DNA from: Breznakia blatticola
GTDB taxonomy: Bacteria > Bacillota_I > Bacilli_A > Erysipelotrichales > Erysipelotrichaceae
DNA length: 32,000 nt
Direction: 5' to 3'
NCBI RefSeq assembly: GCF_004365815.1
Contig: NZ_SODD01000012.1
Location: 1-32,000 of the forward strand
The position numbers and the translations under genes were made by a program. The notes below the pieces were generated by a model that saw only the letters and a program-made list of their open reading frames with translations, was not told the origin of the DNA and did no database searches. Within the stretch, counting starts at the first letter, position 1; every line of letters starts with the position of its first letter. Shown here one piece after another: positions 1 through 8,542 of this stretch.

Positions 1-90
1 TCGTGATTAATACATATGTAGCGCCGTATACGAGAACCGTACGTACGGTGCAATGGGAGGGGCGAAAGAATATATTTCTTTCCCTCTACC

Positions 91-1674
91 CTATTTGCTA
101 GCGCACTGTTTTCGATATTCTGTTGGTGACATGTTTTCTTTTCGTTTAAATAAGAAGCTGAAGTAGTTTGGATCACTATAGCCAATTTCAAATGCGATAT
201 TTCCAAGTTTTTCATTCGTTTCACGCAGTAATTTCTTGGCAAGTGTAATGCGCTTGTTTGTAATGTATTCAATAAATGTCATATTCATCGCTTGTGAGAA
301 TATCGTACTAAAGTGTGATGGACTTAGTGCAATTTCTTCAGCGACATAATTTAATGAAATATCAGGACTACTGTAATTTTCATCAATTACTTTTAACGCT
401 TGTGTGATGACGCTTCGATAGCGAGCCATAGAAGGATCAATTTTCGTGTTCAGGATAATTTCCAATAAATTGTTTAGCAATGCTTGGTATTGTGTAACAT
501 TATTTGAAATTGCAGAGATGCTTTCTGGTTCATTTAGAAATTGAAAGTCAAATCCTTCAACCTGAAGTTCTTTCTTGCGAACAATCGATAGTAGTTCAAG
601 TAATACGAAGTAACGATATACGCGATTACGTGCTTCTGAAGGATGTGCATCTTCAGGGAAGTAACTTAGCAATTCGATAAGCTGTGGAATATCTTCTTTA
701 CTACTTTCGTTCAGTTTGACGATAAAATCTTTATTAAAAGGATTGGTTGGTGATAATTCACCATCACGAAGATCATCTTCACAACTTAAAATGTTATCCG
801 GGCGTAATACCCCATAACTTTTCATCATCAAGTTTGTTGAATCAAAACATTGTTTGATTTCACTGATACGATTCACTATTGGACCAATTGCAACACCGAG
901 TTCCGATTGACCATCACGATCGAGCTCATGAAGTATAAAGTGCGCAAGTTGATAACTTTTTTCTAAGAGGGCATCGCGATTTGCATCAAATAGTAAGAGC
1001 TTGATGTATTTTGTGGACATCGTACTAAAGATGCAACTGACATCATCAGTAAGTACACTTGCAAGCCTATCATAATAACGATGGTAATCCGATATTTCTT
1101 TTTCTGGTTTTGCGGAAACCAAAAGCACTGTATATTTCTTACCAACTAAATCTACACCCAATTCTTTAGCACGTTCAATGGCTTTATCAACTTTGAGTTG
1201 TCCTTGAAATAGTGCTTCAAGAAAATTATTGCGGCTCATCACAGACATAATTGCATCCGTATTTCCCGGGTAATGATTTTCATTTTGATTTTGTTCGTTG
1301 AAGGCATCGATGGATTTGCGCAGTGCAGTATATAGTTCAGCTGATTTAATTGGCTTGAGTAGGTAATCATCAACACCGAGTTGAAGTGCTTGTTTGGCGT
1401 AATCAAATTCATCAAATCCACTAATAATGATAATTCGTATCCAAGGAAAAATCTCTTTTGCTTCTTTGGCAAGTTGTAAACCATCCATAAATGGCATTCG
1501 AATATCTGTGATGAGGATATCTGGTTTTAAATCCATCATCATCGATAAGCCAAGTTCTCCATCTCCTGCTTCACCACAAAACTTTAAATCAAGTGCTTCA
1601 CTGTTTTCGATGATTTCATTGCGAATGGAATCGCGAATCAAATGTTCATCTTCTACGATGAATACTTTATACAT
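91..1674 (-). CDS. Two-component response regulator, CheY-like receiver + C-terminal AraC/XylS-type HTH (YesN-like)
   Basis: ORF 91..1683. N-terminal receiver motifs (VFIVEDE, DILITDIRMPFMDG, LLKP). C-terminal AraC HTH (SPSHFSTIFSQ ... GYSDPNYFSFLFKRKENMSPTEYRK). Start moved from GTG 1683 to ATG 1674 (MYKVFIVEDE), 8 nt after AAGGAAGG. It overlaps the 3' end of the kinase gene. Confidence 0.9.
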   Translation of the reverse strand: MYKVFIVEDEHLIRDSIRNEIIENSEALDLKFCGEAGDGELGLSMMMDLKPDILITDIRMPFMDGLQLAKEAKEIFPWIRIIIISGFDEFDYAKQALQLGVDDYLLKPIKSAELYTALRKSIDAFNEQNQNENHYPGNTDAIMSVMSRNNFLEALFQGQLKVDKAIERAKELGVDLVGKKYTVLLVSAKPEKEISDYHRYYDRLASVLTDDVSCIFSTMSTKYIKLLLFDANRDALLEKSYQLAHFILHELDRDGQSELGVAIGPIVNRISEIKQCFDSTNLMMKSYGVLRPDNILSCEDDLRDGELSPTNPFNKDFIVKLNESSKEDIPQLIELLSYFPEDAHPSEARNRVYRYFVLLELLSIVRKKELQVEGFDFQFLNEPESISAISNNVTQYQALLNNLLEIILNTKIDPSMARYRSVITQALKVIDENYSSPDISLNYVAEEIALSPSHFSTIFSQAMNMTFIEYITNKRITLAKKLLRETNEKLGNIAFEIGYSDPNYFSFLFKRKENMSPTEYRKQCASK

Positions 1675-3127
1675 ACATAACACCTTCCTTTATTAATGGG
1701 TTCTTTGTTTTTGGTAATACGATTTTCATAGTGGTTCCTTTGCGATGTGCACTGGTAATATCAATGCGTGCTTGTAGTCCATAGTTTAATTTCAAGCGAC
1801 GATTAACATTGTACAAACCATAGCCACTTTCAAATTCATAATCCAATGGCATATCCAAATTGTTGCGAACCTCGTGTAGTTTTTCTTCAGACATTCCTAC
1901 TCCATTATCTTTTACTTCAAAGACAATAGACTCTTCAGTTTCATAACCAATAATTTCAATAATTCCTTTACGACGTGAACCTTTCGTACCATGGTAGATA
2001 GCATTTTCAACGATTGGTTGTAAGATCATTTTTAGTACGGTCATATGCATGATTTCCTGTGGAATATCAATCGTATATTCCAGAGCCGCTCCATAACGCG
2101 TTTTCAAAATGGTTAGATAATCTTCAATGTGACGTTTCTCTTTTTCGATTGGAATCCAATCTTCTCCTTTACTCAATGAGATGCGCAAGAAATCCGACAA
2201 TGCAAAGGTCATGCGTTTTACATCTTCCAAGCTTTCCTGGTTTGCTAATGAGATAATTGCATCAAGCGTATTGTAGATAAAGTGAGGTGTAATTTGTGCT
2301 TGAAGAACCCGCAACTCACTTTGTGCTAAATGATATTGTTTGTCAGCATTATCTTTTAGTAAAACTTGTAAGTCATTTGCCATGATATTCAATGACGAAG
2401 TTAATTCTTCTAATTCTTCCATATTGGCAGGAGGACTTTGATAGGTAAGGTTGCCTCGTGCAAGTTCTTTTGATAACAGGACAAGATCATTAATCGGTTG
2501 TTCGATTTTATTTGTCATATTTCGTTGATTGCGACGAATAAAAATGATTGAACCAATAAAAATAAGAATTTGGAATATCGTTAAGACAATAAGTGTCTGC
2601 GTTAATGTATTACTCATTTGTGCAGCCATGTTGATTTCCAGTCGAACATAATCTTGCAAGACCGAATAGAGTAAATCATTAACCGAGACAATTTGTTTCA
2701 TAATGTCTTCATTTTCTTTAACTGGAACTTCGTTTTGCAAGTTATAGATAATATCTTCTAAATATCCTTCAATCGTTTCGATTGTGCGAAGCGATACATC
2801 AATAAGTGTAGTTTCTTGTGTTGTTGATGCATGTTCACGAATATCGAACAATTGTTCACGAACATCATTTAGGGTATTAGATGAACTCATGTTGGACACA
2901 CTGGTTTGTCCGGTAACTAAATCCCATACATTAGCGATTACTTCGTTTTTTACGATGGAACTAGTTTCATCAGCTTTACTTACATTGTCCACTAATTGTT
3001 GGTAAGTTAGAATTTGTCGTGTATAAATAACGGTATTAAATACCAATGGAATAATAATCAATAAGGAGATGATGACATTGGAGCGTTTGAGCATCTCTTT
3101 AATACTTGTATGTTTTGAGCGAAACAT
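1667..3127 (-). CDS. Sensor histidine kinase, LytS/YesM (PF06580-type) family: TM - extracytoplasmic domain - TM - HAMP - His-kinase - HATPase
   Basis: 486-aa ORF. Two hydrophobic segments (about res 17-37 and 177-197) flank a ~140-aa loop. The phosphoacceptor region ITPHFIYNTLDAI is typical of LytS/YehU/YesM kinases. ATPase motifs are present (ENAIYHG, VKDNGVGM, GYGLYNVNRRL). Start is 3 nt after the stop of the upstream binding-protein gene. Confidence 0.9.
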   Translation of the reverse strand: MFRSKHTSIKEMLKRSNVIISLLIIIPLVFNTVIYTRQILTYQQLVDNVSKADETSSIVKNEVIANVWDLVTGQTSVSNMSSSNTLNDVREQLFDIREHASTTQETTLIDVSLRTIETIEGYLEDIIYNLQNEVPVKENEDIMKQIVSVNDLLYSVLQDYVRLEINMAAQMSNTLTQTLIVLTIFQILIFIGSIIFIRRNQRNMTNKIEQPINDLVLLSKELARGNLTYQSPPANMEELEELTSSLNIMANDLQVLLKDNADKQYHLAQSELRVLQAQITPHFIYNTLDAIISLANQESLEDVKRMTFALSDFLRISLSKGEDWIPIEKEKRHIEDYLTILKTRYGAALEYTIDIPQEIMHMTVLKMILQPIVENAIYHGTKGSRRKGIIEIIGYETEESIVFEVKDNGVGMSEEKLHEVRNNLDMPLDYEFESGYGLYNVNRRLKLNYGLQARIDITSAHRKGTTMKIVLPKTKNPLIKEGVMYV

Positions 3128-3129
3128 GA

Positions 3130-4128
3130 TTAATAATTCCTTGGGGGAATCGCATCAAGGTCCCCTTTATCCGAAAAGACGGTTTCTGTCATATAGATCT
3201 CTCGTGGAATCTCTTTATTGGAACCGTCTTCTTGATATTTAAAGTAACGTTCGATTGCACTTATTAAATAGGGACCGGCATCTGGGTTGCACTCCACAAC
3301 ACAGTTTACACGTCCTTTTTTTAGTTCCTTAATGACATCGTTTTGTCCGTCAATTGTGATGATTTTAATATCTTTTCCTGGTTTGATATCAACAGCATCC
3401 AATGCATCTAAAATACCCAAAGTCATTTCATCGTTATGTGAATAAATAATATCAATCTCTTTAATATTCTTTTCCTTAATATAGTTACGCATCAGTTCTT
3501 CACCCATCGTACGAGTGTAGTTTCCATATAAAGTCTCTTTAATCGTAAGTGTAATATTTGAACGATTGCGTATCGTTTCATCAAAACCAGAATGGCGAAG
3601 TATCGAACCATAAGAATCTGCATTTCCACTAACTTCTAAAATATTGACTTCACTTTTTTCTTCACTTGTAAAACAGCTGCTTGCATATATTCCTGCACGA
3701 TTCCCTTCTGCTTTAAAGTTAGGACCAATATGTGATGTAAATAATGAAGTATCATCAATGGTAATATCACGGTCAACAAGAATCACTGGAATATTTGCTT
3801 GTTTTGCCTCTTTTAGTACAGCATCCCATCCCGTATGCGAGATTGGTGTAAAAACAATCATATCAACTTTGTATGCAATAAATGCACGAATATCTTGAAT
3901 TTGTTGGCTTTGTTGCATCATCCCATTTCGATACATAACTTGATAGCCATCTGACTTTAACGCTGAAAGAATGGATTCGGTATGACGTTTACGCCATGAA
4001 CTCTCAATACCTGATTGAGAAAAACCGATAATTATGTCTTTTTCAGGTTCACTTTCTTGTGGAGTACAACTAACATTTGCAAACAGCAAACACAATCCGA
4101 TAAGTATGACTTGTAGTTTTTTCATCAT
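3130..4128 (-). CDS. Lipoprotein, type-I periplasmic sugar-binding fold (RbsB/XylF-like), predicted co-sensor for the adjacent kinase
   Basis: 332-aa ORF. Signal peptide with Cys (LLFANVSC). PBP1 motifs (IIIGFSQSG..SWR, VDMIVFTP, IPVILVDRD). First gene of the sensor-kinase-regulator operon. SD AGGGAG lies 6 nt upstream. Confidence 0.85.
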   Translation of the reverse strand: MMKKLQVILIGLCLLFANVSCTPQESEPEKDIIIGFSQSGIESSWRKRHTESILSALKSDGYQVMYRNGMMQQSQQIQDIRAFIAYKVDMIVFTPISHTGWDAVLKEAKQANIPVILVDRDITIDDTSLFTSHIGPNFKAEGNRAGIYASSCFTSEEKSEVNILEVSGNADSYGSILRHSGFDETIRNRSNITLTIKETLYGNYTRTMGEELMRNYIKEKNIKEIDIIYSHNDEMTLGILDALDAVDIKPGKDIKIITIDGQNDVIKELKKGRVNCVVECNPDAGPYLISAIERYFKYQEDGSNKEIPREIYMTETVFSDKGDLDAIPPRNY

Positions 4129-4223
4129 GACAAACTCCCTTATACACTTTCTATATTTTTATTATACCTTAATTCTTTGTTGGTGCTTTTAAAAAGAAAA
4201 AAACCAAGAAATCACAAAAAATA

Positions 4224-4280
4224 TTCAAGATAGAATAGAAAAATTCAAAGAATTGAAGAATTATTTCAAGATGATTCAAA
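4224..4280 (+). promoter_or_regulatory. Cluster of phased short direct repeats in the divergent control region (candidate AraC-type regulator binding sites)
   Basis: TTCAAG at 4224 and 4265 (exact 8-mer TTCAAGAT, 41 bp apart). ATTCAAA at 4243 and 4274 (31 bp apart). Tandem (A/G)AAGAATT at 4247-4262. No experimental anchor; function is inferred from position between the regulator operon and the transporter operon. Confidence 0.35.
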
Positions 4281-4290
4281 TGGAACTTAA

Positions 4291-4304
4291 TGTAATCGCT
4301 TTCA
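4291..4304 (+). promoter_or_regulatory. cre (CcpA catabolite-responsive element)
   Basis: TGTAATCGCTTTCA fits the consensus TGWAANCGNTNWCA at every constrained position. It lies 53 nt upstream of the first transporter gene. Confidence 0.6.
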
Positions 4305-4344
4305 TATTTCCATAAGATAGAAGTAGATACAGAGCACAAATAAA

Positions 4345-5453
4345 AGAGGAGGAACTATGAAAAAGCTTATTTTAAAAGTATTAACGGTAGTAATGCTTAT
4401 GGGATCTACACTTGTGATGACAGGTTGTGGTTCAGATTCAGATTCTGGTGGATCATCAGATAAAGGATTTGTAGGTATCTCAATGCCTACAAAGTCAGCA
4501 GAACGTTGGATTGCTGATGGAAATAATATGGTCACGGAACTAGAAGCACTTGGTTATAAAACAGACTTGCAATATGGTGAAGATAAAGTAGAAAACCAAG
4601 TAGCACAAATTGAAAACATGATCACAAAAGGTGTAGATATCTTAGTCATCGCATCGATTGATGGTAGTGCCTTAACTGATGTTCTTCAAAAAGCACATGA
4701 TGAAGATATTGTAGTTATCGCATATGACCGCTTATTAATGAATTCAGAATATGTAGACTACTATTCAACGTTTGATAATTTTGGTGTAGGAGTTTTACAA
4801 GCAACATACATTGAAGAAAAATTAGGCTTAAAAGATGGAGCAGGACCATTCAATATTGAATTATTCGGTGGAAGTCCAGATGACAACAACGCATTAATTA
4901 ACTTCAATGGAGTAATGAGTGTACTAGAAACATACATCGATAATGGACAACTGGTTGTACCTTCAGGACAAACAAACTTCAACCAAATCGCAACATTACG
5001 TTGGGATGGATCTACTGCACAAGCAAGAATGGATAACCTATTAAGTGCAAACTATACAGATAAAACATTAGATGCAGTCTTATCACCATATGACCCAATT
5101 AGTTTGGGAATCATCTCATCATTAAAAGGAGTGGGATATGGAGATGCAGATAAACCATTACCAGTAATCACAGGACAAGATGCAACAATCGCAGGAGTGA
5201 AATCAATTATCGCAGGAGAACAAACACAAACGATCTTCAAAGATACAAGAACACTAGCCAAAAACACAATCAAAATGATTGAAGCGATAACAGCAGGAAA
5301 AGAAGTAGAAGTAAATGATACAGAAACATATGACAACGGAGTAAAAGTTGTACCAACATATTTAGCAAACCCAGTATCAGTAGATAAAGAAAACTACAAG
5401 AAAGAGCTTATTGATACAGAATACTACACAGAAAAAGACTTAGCAGAGTAATC
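4345..5453 (+). repeat. Direct repeat, copy A (RBS + whole binding-protein CDS + 2 nt)
   Basis: 1,109 bp aligned by eye without gaps to 8543..9651 (offset 4198). There are 7 mismatches, at 4527, 4596, 4758, 4980, 5343, 5412 and 5442. Identity stops at 4344/8542 and at 5454/9652. Confidence 0.95.
4357..5451 (+). CDS. ABC sugar transporter substrate-binding lipoprotein, ChvE/multiple-sugar-binding family (copy 1)
   Basis: 364-aa ORF. Lipobox LVMTGC followed by a Ser/Asp/Gly linker. PBP1 sugar-binding motifs ([34 protein letters not shown]). Strong RBS AGAGGAGG. Confidence 0.9.
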   Translation: MKKLILKVLTVVMLMGSTLVMTGCGSDSDSGGSSDKGFVGISMPTKSAERWIADGNNMVTELEALGYKTDLQYGEDKVENQVAQIENMITKGVDILVIASIDGSALTDVLQKAHDEDIVVIAYDRLLMNSEYVDYYSTFDNFGVGVLQATYIEEKLGLKDGAGPFNIELFGGSPDDNNALINFNGVMSVLETYIDNGQLVVPSGQTNFNQIATLRWDGSTAQARMDNLLSANYTDKTLDAVLSPYDPISLGIISSLKGVGYGDADKPLPVITGQDATIAGVKSIIAGEQTQTIFKDTRTLAKNTIKMIEAITAGKEVEVNDTETYDNGVKVVPTYLANPVSVDKENYKKELIDTEYYTEKDLAE

Positions 5454-5491
5454 GATAACGATCTTTAAAGTATGATTGTAGGAGGAGAACA

Positions 5492-7018
5492 ATGGCAGAT
5501 TATATCTTAGAAATGAATGACATTACCAAAGAATTTACCGGTGTCCGTGCTTTAGATAATGTAAATATTAAAGTAGAACGCGGTGAAATTCATGCACTAT
5601 GTGGGGAAAACGGTGCAGGTAAGAGTACATTAATGAAGGTTCTAAGTGGGGTACACCCTGCGGGAACCTATAAAGGAAGCATCACTTACAATGGAAAGGA
5701 ATGTGAATTCAAGAATATTCGTGATTCAGAAAAAGAAGGAATCGTTATTATTCACCAAGAACTTGCATTAATTCCATACTTATCGATAAAGGAAAATATC
5801 TTTTTAGGAAATGAACAAGCATCACGTGGTGTGATTGATTGGGATATGACCGAAAAGAAAACGGATAATTTATTGAAAGCAGTACGCTTAAATTTAGATC
5901 CAAACACATTGATTACACAAATCGGTGTAGGCCACCAACAATTGGTAGAAATCGCTAAAGCCTTCTCAAAGCAAGTGAAACTATTAATCCTTGATGAGCC
6001 TACTGCCGCTTTGAATGAAGAAGAAAGTGATAACTTACTTGAGTTGATTCGTGAGTTTAAAAATCAAGGAATTACTTCCATTATCATTTCTCACAAATTA
6101 AATGAGATTGTAAGTATTGCAGATCGCATCACAATTATTCGTGATGGAAAAACAATTGAGACACTAACAAAAGATGATATTAGTGAAGATCGAATCATTC
6201 GTGGAATGGTGGGACGTGAATTAACCAATCGATATCCAAAGCGTGAACCGAATATTGGAGATATTGCATTTGAGGTGAAAGATTGGAATGTTCATCATCC
6301 AGTTGATGAAGATCGTATTGTGAATCGTAATATCAACATGACTATTCGAAAAGGAGAAATCGTTGGGATTGCTGGTTTGATGGGTGCAGGTAGAACGGAA
6401 TTTGCGATGAGCTTATTTGGACGTTCCTATGGGCAAAAAATCAGCGGACATATCTTTAAGGATGGTAAAGAAATCAAAATTAAAGATGTACCTTCGGCGA
6501 TCCAACATGGACTTGCCTATGTTTCTGAAGACCGGAAAACATTGGGTTTAAATTTACTGATGGATATTCGTGAAAACATCTCGATGGCAAATTTAAAGAA
6601 GATTAGTCATCGTGGTGTACTTGATAAAGATGAAGAATTAAAAGAAGCAGATCATTATAAAGATGTGATGCGTATTAAGACAAGTTCTGTTCAACAAAAT
6701 GTTGCAAGTCTTAGTGGTGGGAACCAACAAAAGGTTGTACTTGCAAAATGGTTGATGAGTAATCCAGATGTACTTTTCTTAGATGAACCAACTCGAGGAA
6801 TTGATGTTGGGGCGAAATATGAAATCTACACAATTATTGAAGAAATTGCAAAACAAGGGAAATGTGTTTGCATAATCTCTTCGGAACTTCCTGAGATTCT
6901 AGGAATGTGTGATCGCATCTATACGATGAGTGAAGGGCAATTCACAGGTGAAGTCTCAAGAAGTGATGCAAATCAAGAAGTCTTGATGAACTTGATGACG
7001 AAAGAGGGAGAAGCTTAA
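5492..7018 (+). CDS. Sugar ABC transporter ATP-binding protein, fused double ATPase (GguA/XylG/MglA-like)
   Basis: 508-aa ORF. It has one Walker A (GENGAGKST) and, in its C-terminal half, a degenerate Walker A-like loop (GLMGAGRTE) with LSGGNQQK and [18 protein letters not shown]. Confidence 0.92.
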   Translation: MADYILEMNDITKEFTGVRALDNVNIKVERGEIHALCGENGAGKSTLMKVLSGVHPAGTYKGSITYNGKECEFKNIRDSEKEGIVIIHQELALIPYLSIKENIFLGNEQASRGVIDWDMTEKKTDNLLKAVRLNLDPNTLITQIGVGHQQLVEIAKAFSKQVKLLILDEPTAALNEEESDNLLELIREFKNQGITSIIISHKLNEIVSIADRITIIRDGKTIETLTKDDISEDRIIRGMVGRELTNRYPKREPNIGDIAFEVKDWNVHHPVDEDRIVNRNINMTIRKGEIVGIAGLMGAGRTEFAMSLFGRSYGQKISGHIFKDGKEIKIKDVPSAIQHGLAYVSEDRKTLGLNLLMDIRENISMANLKKISHRGVLDKDEELKEADHYKDVMRIKTSSVQQNVASLSGGNQQKVVLAKWLMSNPDVLFLDEPTRGIDVGAKYEIYTIIEEIAKQGKCVCIISSELPEILGMCDRIYTMSEGQFTGEVSRSDANQEVLMNLMTKEGEA

Positions 7019-7019
7019 G

Positions 7020-8192
7020 ATGGAAAAATTAACTACGTTAAAAGAAAAAGCATTAAATTTATTTAGCAAATATAGTATGATTATCATTCTAGTTGTCTTA
7101 TTGATTGGATTCCAAATCACAACAGATGGAATTTTAATGAGACCACTAAATATTACAAACTTAGTACTACAAAACAGTCATATATTTGTATTATCAGCAG
7201 GGATGTTACTTGTTGTATTACTTGGACATGTCGATTTATCCGTTGGTTCGGTTATGGCTTTTGTTGGGGCAATTGCAGGATTCTTAATGATCAACTACAA
7301 AGTGGATCCAATCATTGCCATTCCCGTATGTTTATTAGTTGGAGCAATCATTGGTGCATGGCAAGGATTCTGGGTAGCATATGTTGAAATTCCAGCATTC
7401 ATTGTGACACTATCAGGATTGTTGATGTTTAGAGGACTTACACAAGTAGTTCTTGGTGGACAATCATTAGCACCATTCCCAACAAGTTTTAACTTCTTTG
7501 CCAATGGATATCTACCAGATATCGCTGGTGGAGATCACATGCATTACTTATCGATGATTATTGGAATTGTATTATCATTAGCACTTGTATTTACACAATT
7601 CCGTACACGTGAAAAAAGAAAAAAGAATGGGTTTATCGTTGAATCGCAAACTGCATTCTTAGTGAAATCATTATTTATGGTGATTGTATTTGTTGGAGGA
7701 ACATATATCTTTGCGACATACAAAGGATATCCAATTATTTTAATCATCTTAGCAGTTATGGTTGCAGGGTATGGTTTTCTAACAAACAAAACCGTTGCAG
7801 GACGTCAAATTTATGCAACAGGTGGAAATAAAAAAGCCGCAGAATTATCAGGTATTAAAACAAAGAAAATTACATTCTGGGTATTTGTGAATATGGGGGT
7901 GATGGCAGCTTTAGCTGGACTGATTATGGCAGCACGTTTAAATGCGGCAACACCACAAGCAGGAACATCAATGGAACTAGACGCAATGGCAGCAGTATAC
8001 TTTGGTGGAGCAAGTACTTCAGGTGGTATTGGTACCATCATGGGAGCGATCATCGGTGGTCTTGTGATGGGGGTACTAAACAACGGTATGTCAATCATGG
8101 GTGTAGGTGTTGACTGGCAACAAGCGATCAAAGGGTTAATTTTACTCCTTGCAGTTGTCTTAGATATCTATAATAAAAAGAAAAGAAAGTAG
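7020..8192 (+). CDS. Sugar ABC transporter permease (GguB/XylH-like, BPD_transp_2 family)
   Basis: 390-aa polytopic hydrophobic ORF. Start is 2 nt after the ATPase stop. The conserved C-terminal region (ATGGNKKAAELSGI ... MAARL) is typical of CUT2 permeases. Confidence 0.9.
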   Translation: MEKLTTLKEKALNLFSKYSMIIILVVLLIGFQITTDGILMRPLNITNLVLQNSHIFVLSAGMLLVVLLGHVDLSVGSVMAFVGAIAGFLMINYKVDPIIAIPVCLLVGAIIGAWQGFWVAYVEIPAFIVTLSGLLMFRGLTQVVLGGQSLAPFPTSFNFFANGYLPDIAGGDHMHYLSMIIGIVLSLALVFTQFRTREKRKKNGFIVESQTAFLVKSLFMVIVFVGGTYIFATYKGYPIILIILAVMVAGYGFLTNKTVAGRQIYATGGNKKAAELSGIKTKKITFWVFVNMGVMAALAGLIMAARLNAATPQAGTSMELDAMAAVYFGGASTSGGIGTIMGAIIGGLVMGVLNNGMSIMGVGVDWQQAIKGLILLLAVVLDIYNKKKRK

Positions 8193-8203
8193 CGTGTATA
8201 TAT

Positions 8204-8539
8204 ATGGATAACCAAAAAGAATATACGATCTTACTTATCTGTAGTGCAGGAGTATCGACAGGAATTATTGTCAAACAAATGCAACATATTGCAGACCAAA
8301 GAGGCTTGCATGCACATATCTATTCGGCTCCGGCACTATTAGCCGAACAAATTATTCAAACACAGAAATTAGATGCCTTGCTGATTGGGCCACAATCAGA
8401 GTATGAAATTAATAGGTTAAAAGATTACTTACAAGTAAAAGCAATCCCTTATACATTGATTAAAAAAGAAGACTATGAGACGATAAATGGGAATGCAATA
8501 CTTGATGAGGCAATCGAACTAATAAGCAACAGTAATTAA
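8204..8539 (+). CDS. PTS EIIB component, lactose/cellobiose (ChbB/PF02302) type, orphan
   Basis: 111-aa ORF. ILLICSAGVSTGIIVKQM matches the ChbB active-site loop (CSAGMSTSLLV), with the phosphorylatable Cys retained. LLIGPQ matches ChbB LLGPQ. No EIIC or EIIA is present in the window. The RBS is weak. Confidence 0.75.
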   Translation: MDNQKEYTILLICSAGVSTGIIVKQMQHIADQRGLHAHIYSAPALLAEQIIQTQKLDALLIGPQSEYEINRLKDYLQVKAIPYTLIKKEDYETINGNAILDEAIELISNSN

Positions 8540-8542
8540 CTT

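Noticed and set aside
55-90. Hairpin GAAAGAA-TATAT-TTCTTTC with G/C-rich flanks immediately 3' of the response-regulator gene
   Set aside because: It is a real inverted repeat, but neither strand has a following T-run, so I do not call it an intrinsic terminator. It may be a stabilising or protein-binding hairpin.
7295-8131. Several 60-110-aa minus-strand ORFs antisense to the ABC permease; the same pattern is seen opposite the antiporter (14526-15317), the atp genes, uvrA and the regulator genes
   Set aside because: All are nested in strongly supported genes, have odd Pro/Thr/Ile-rich composition, lack RBSs and carry no motifs. They are typical antisense frames of membrane or AT-rich genes.
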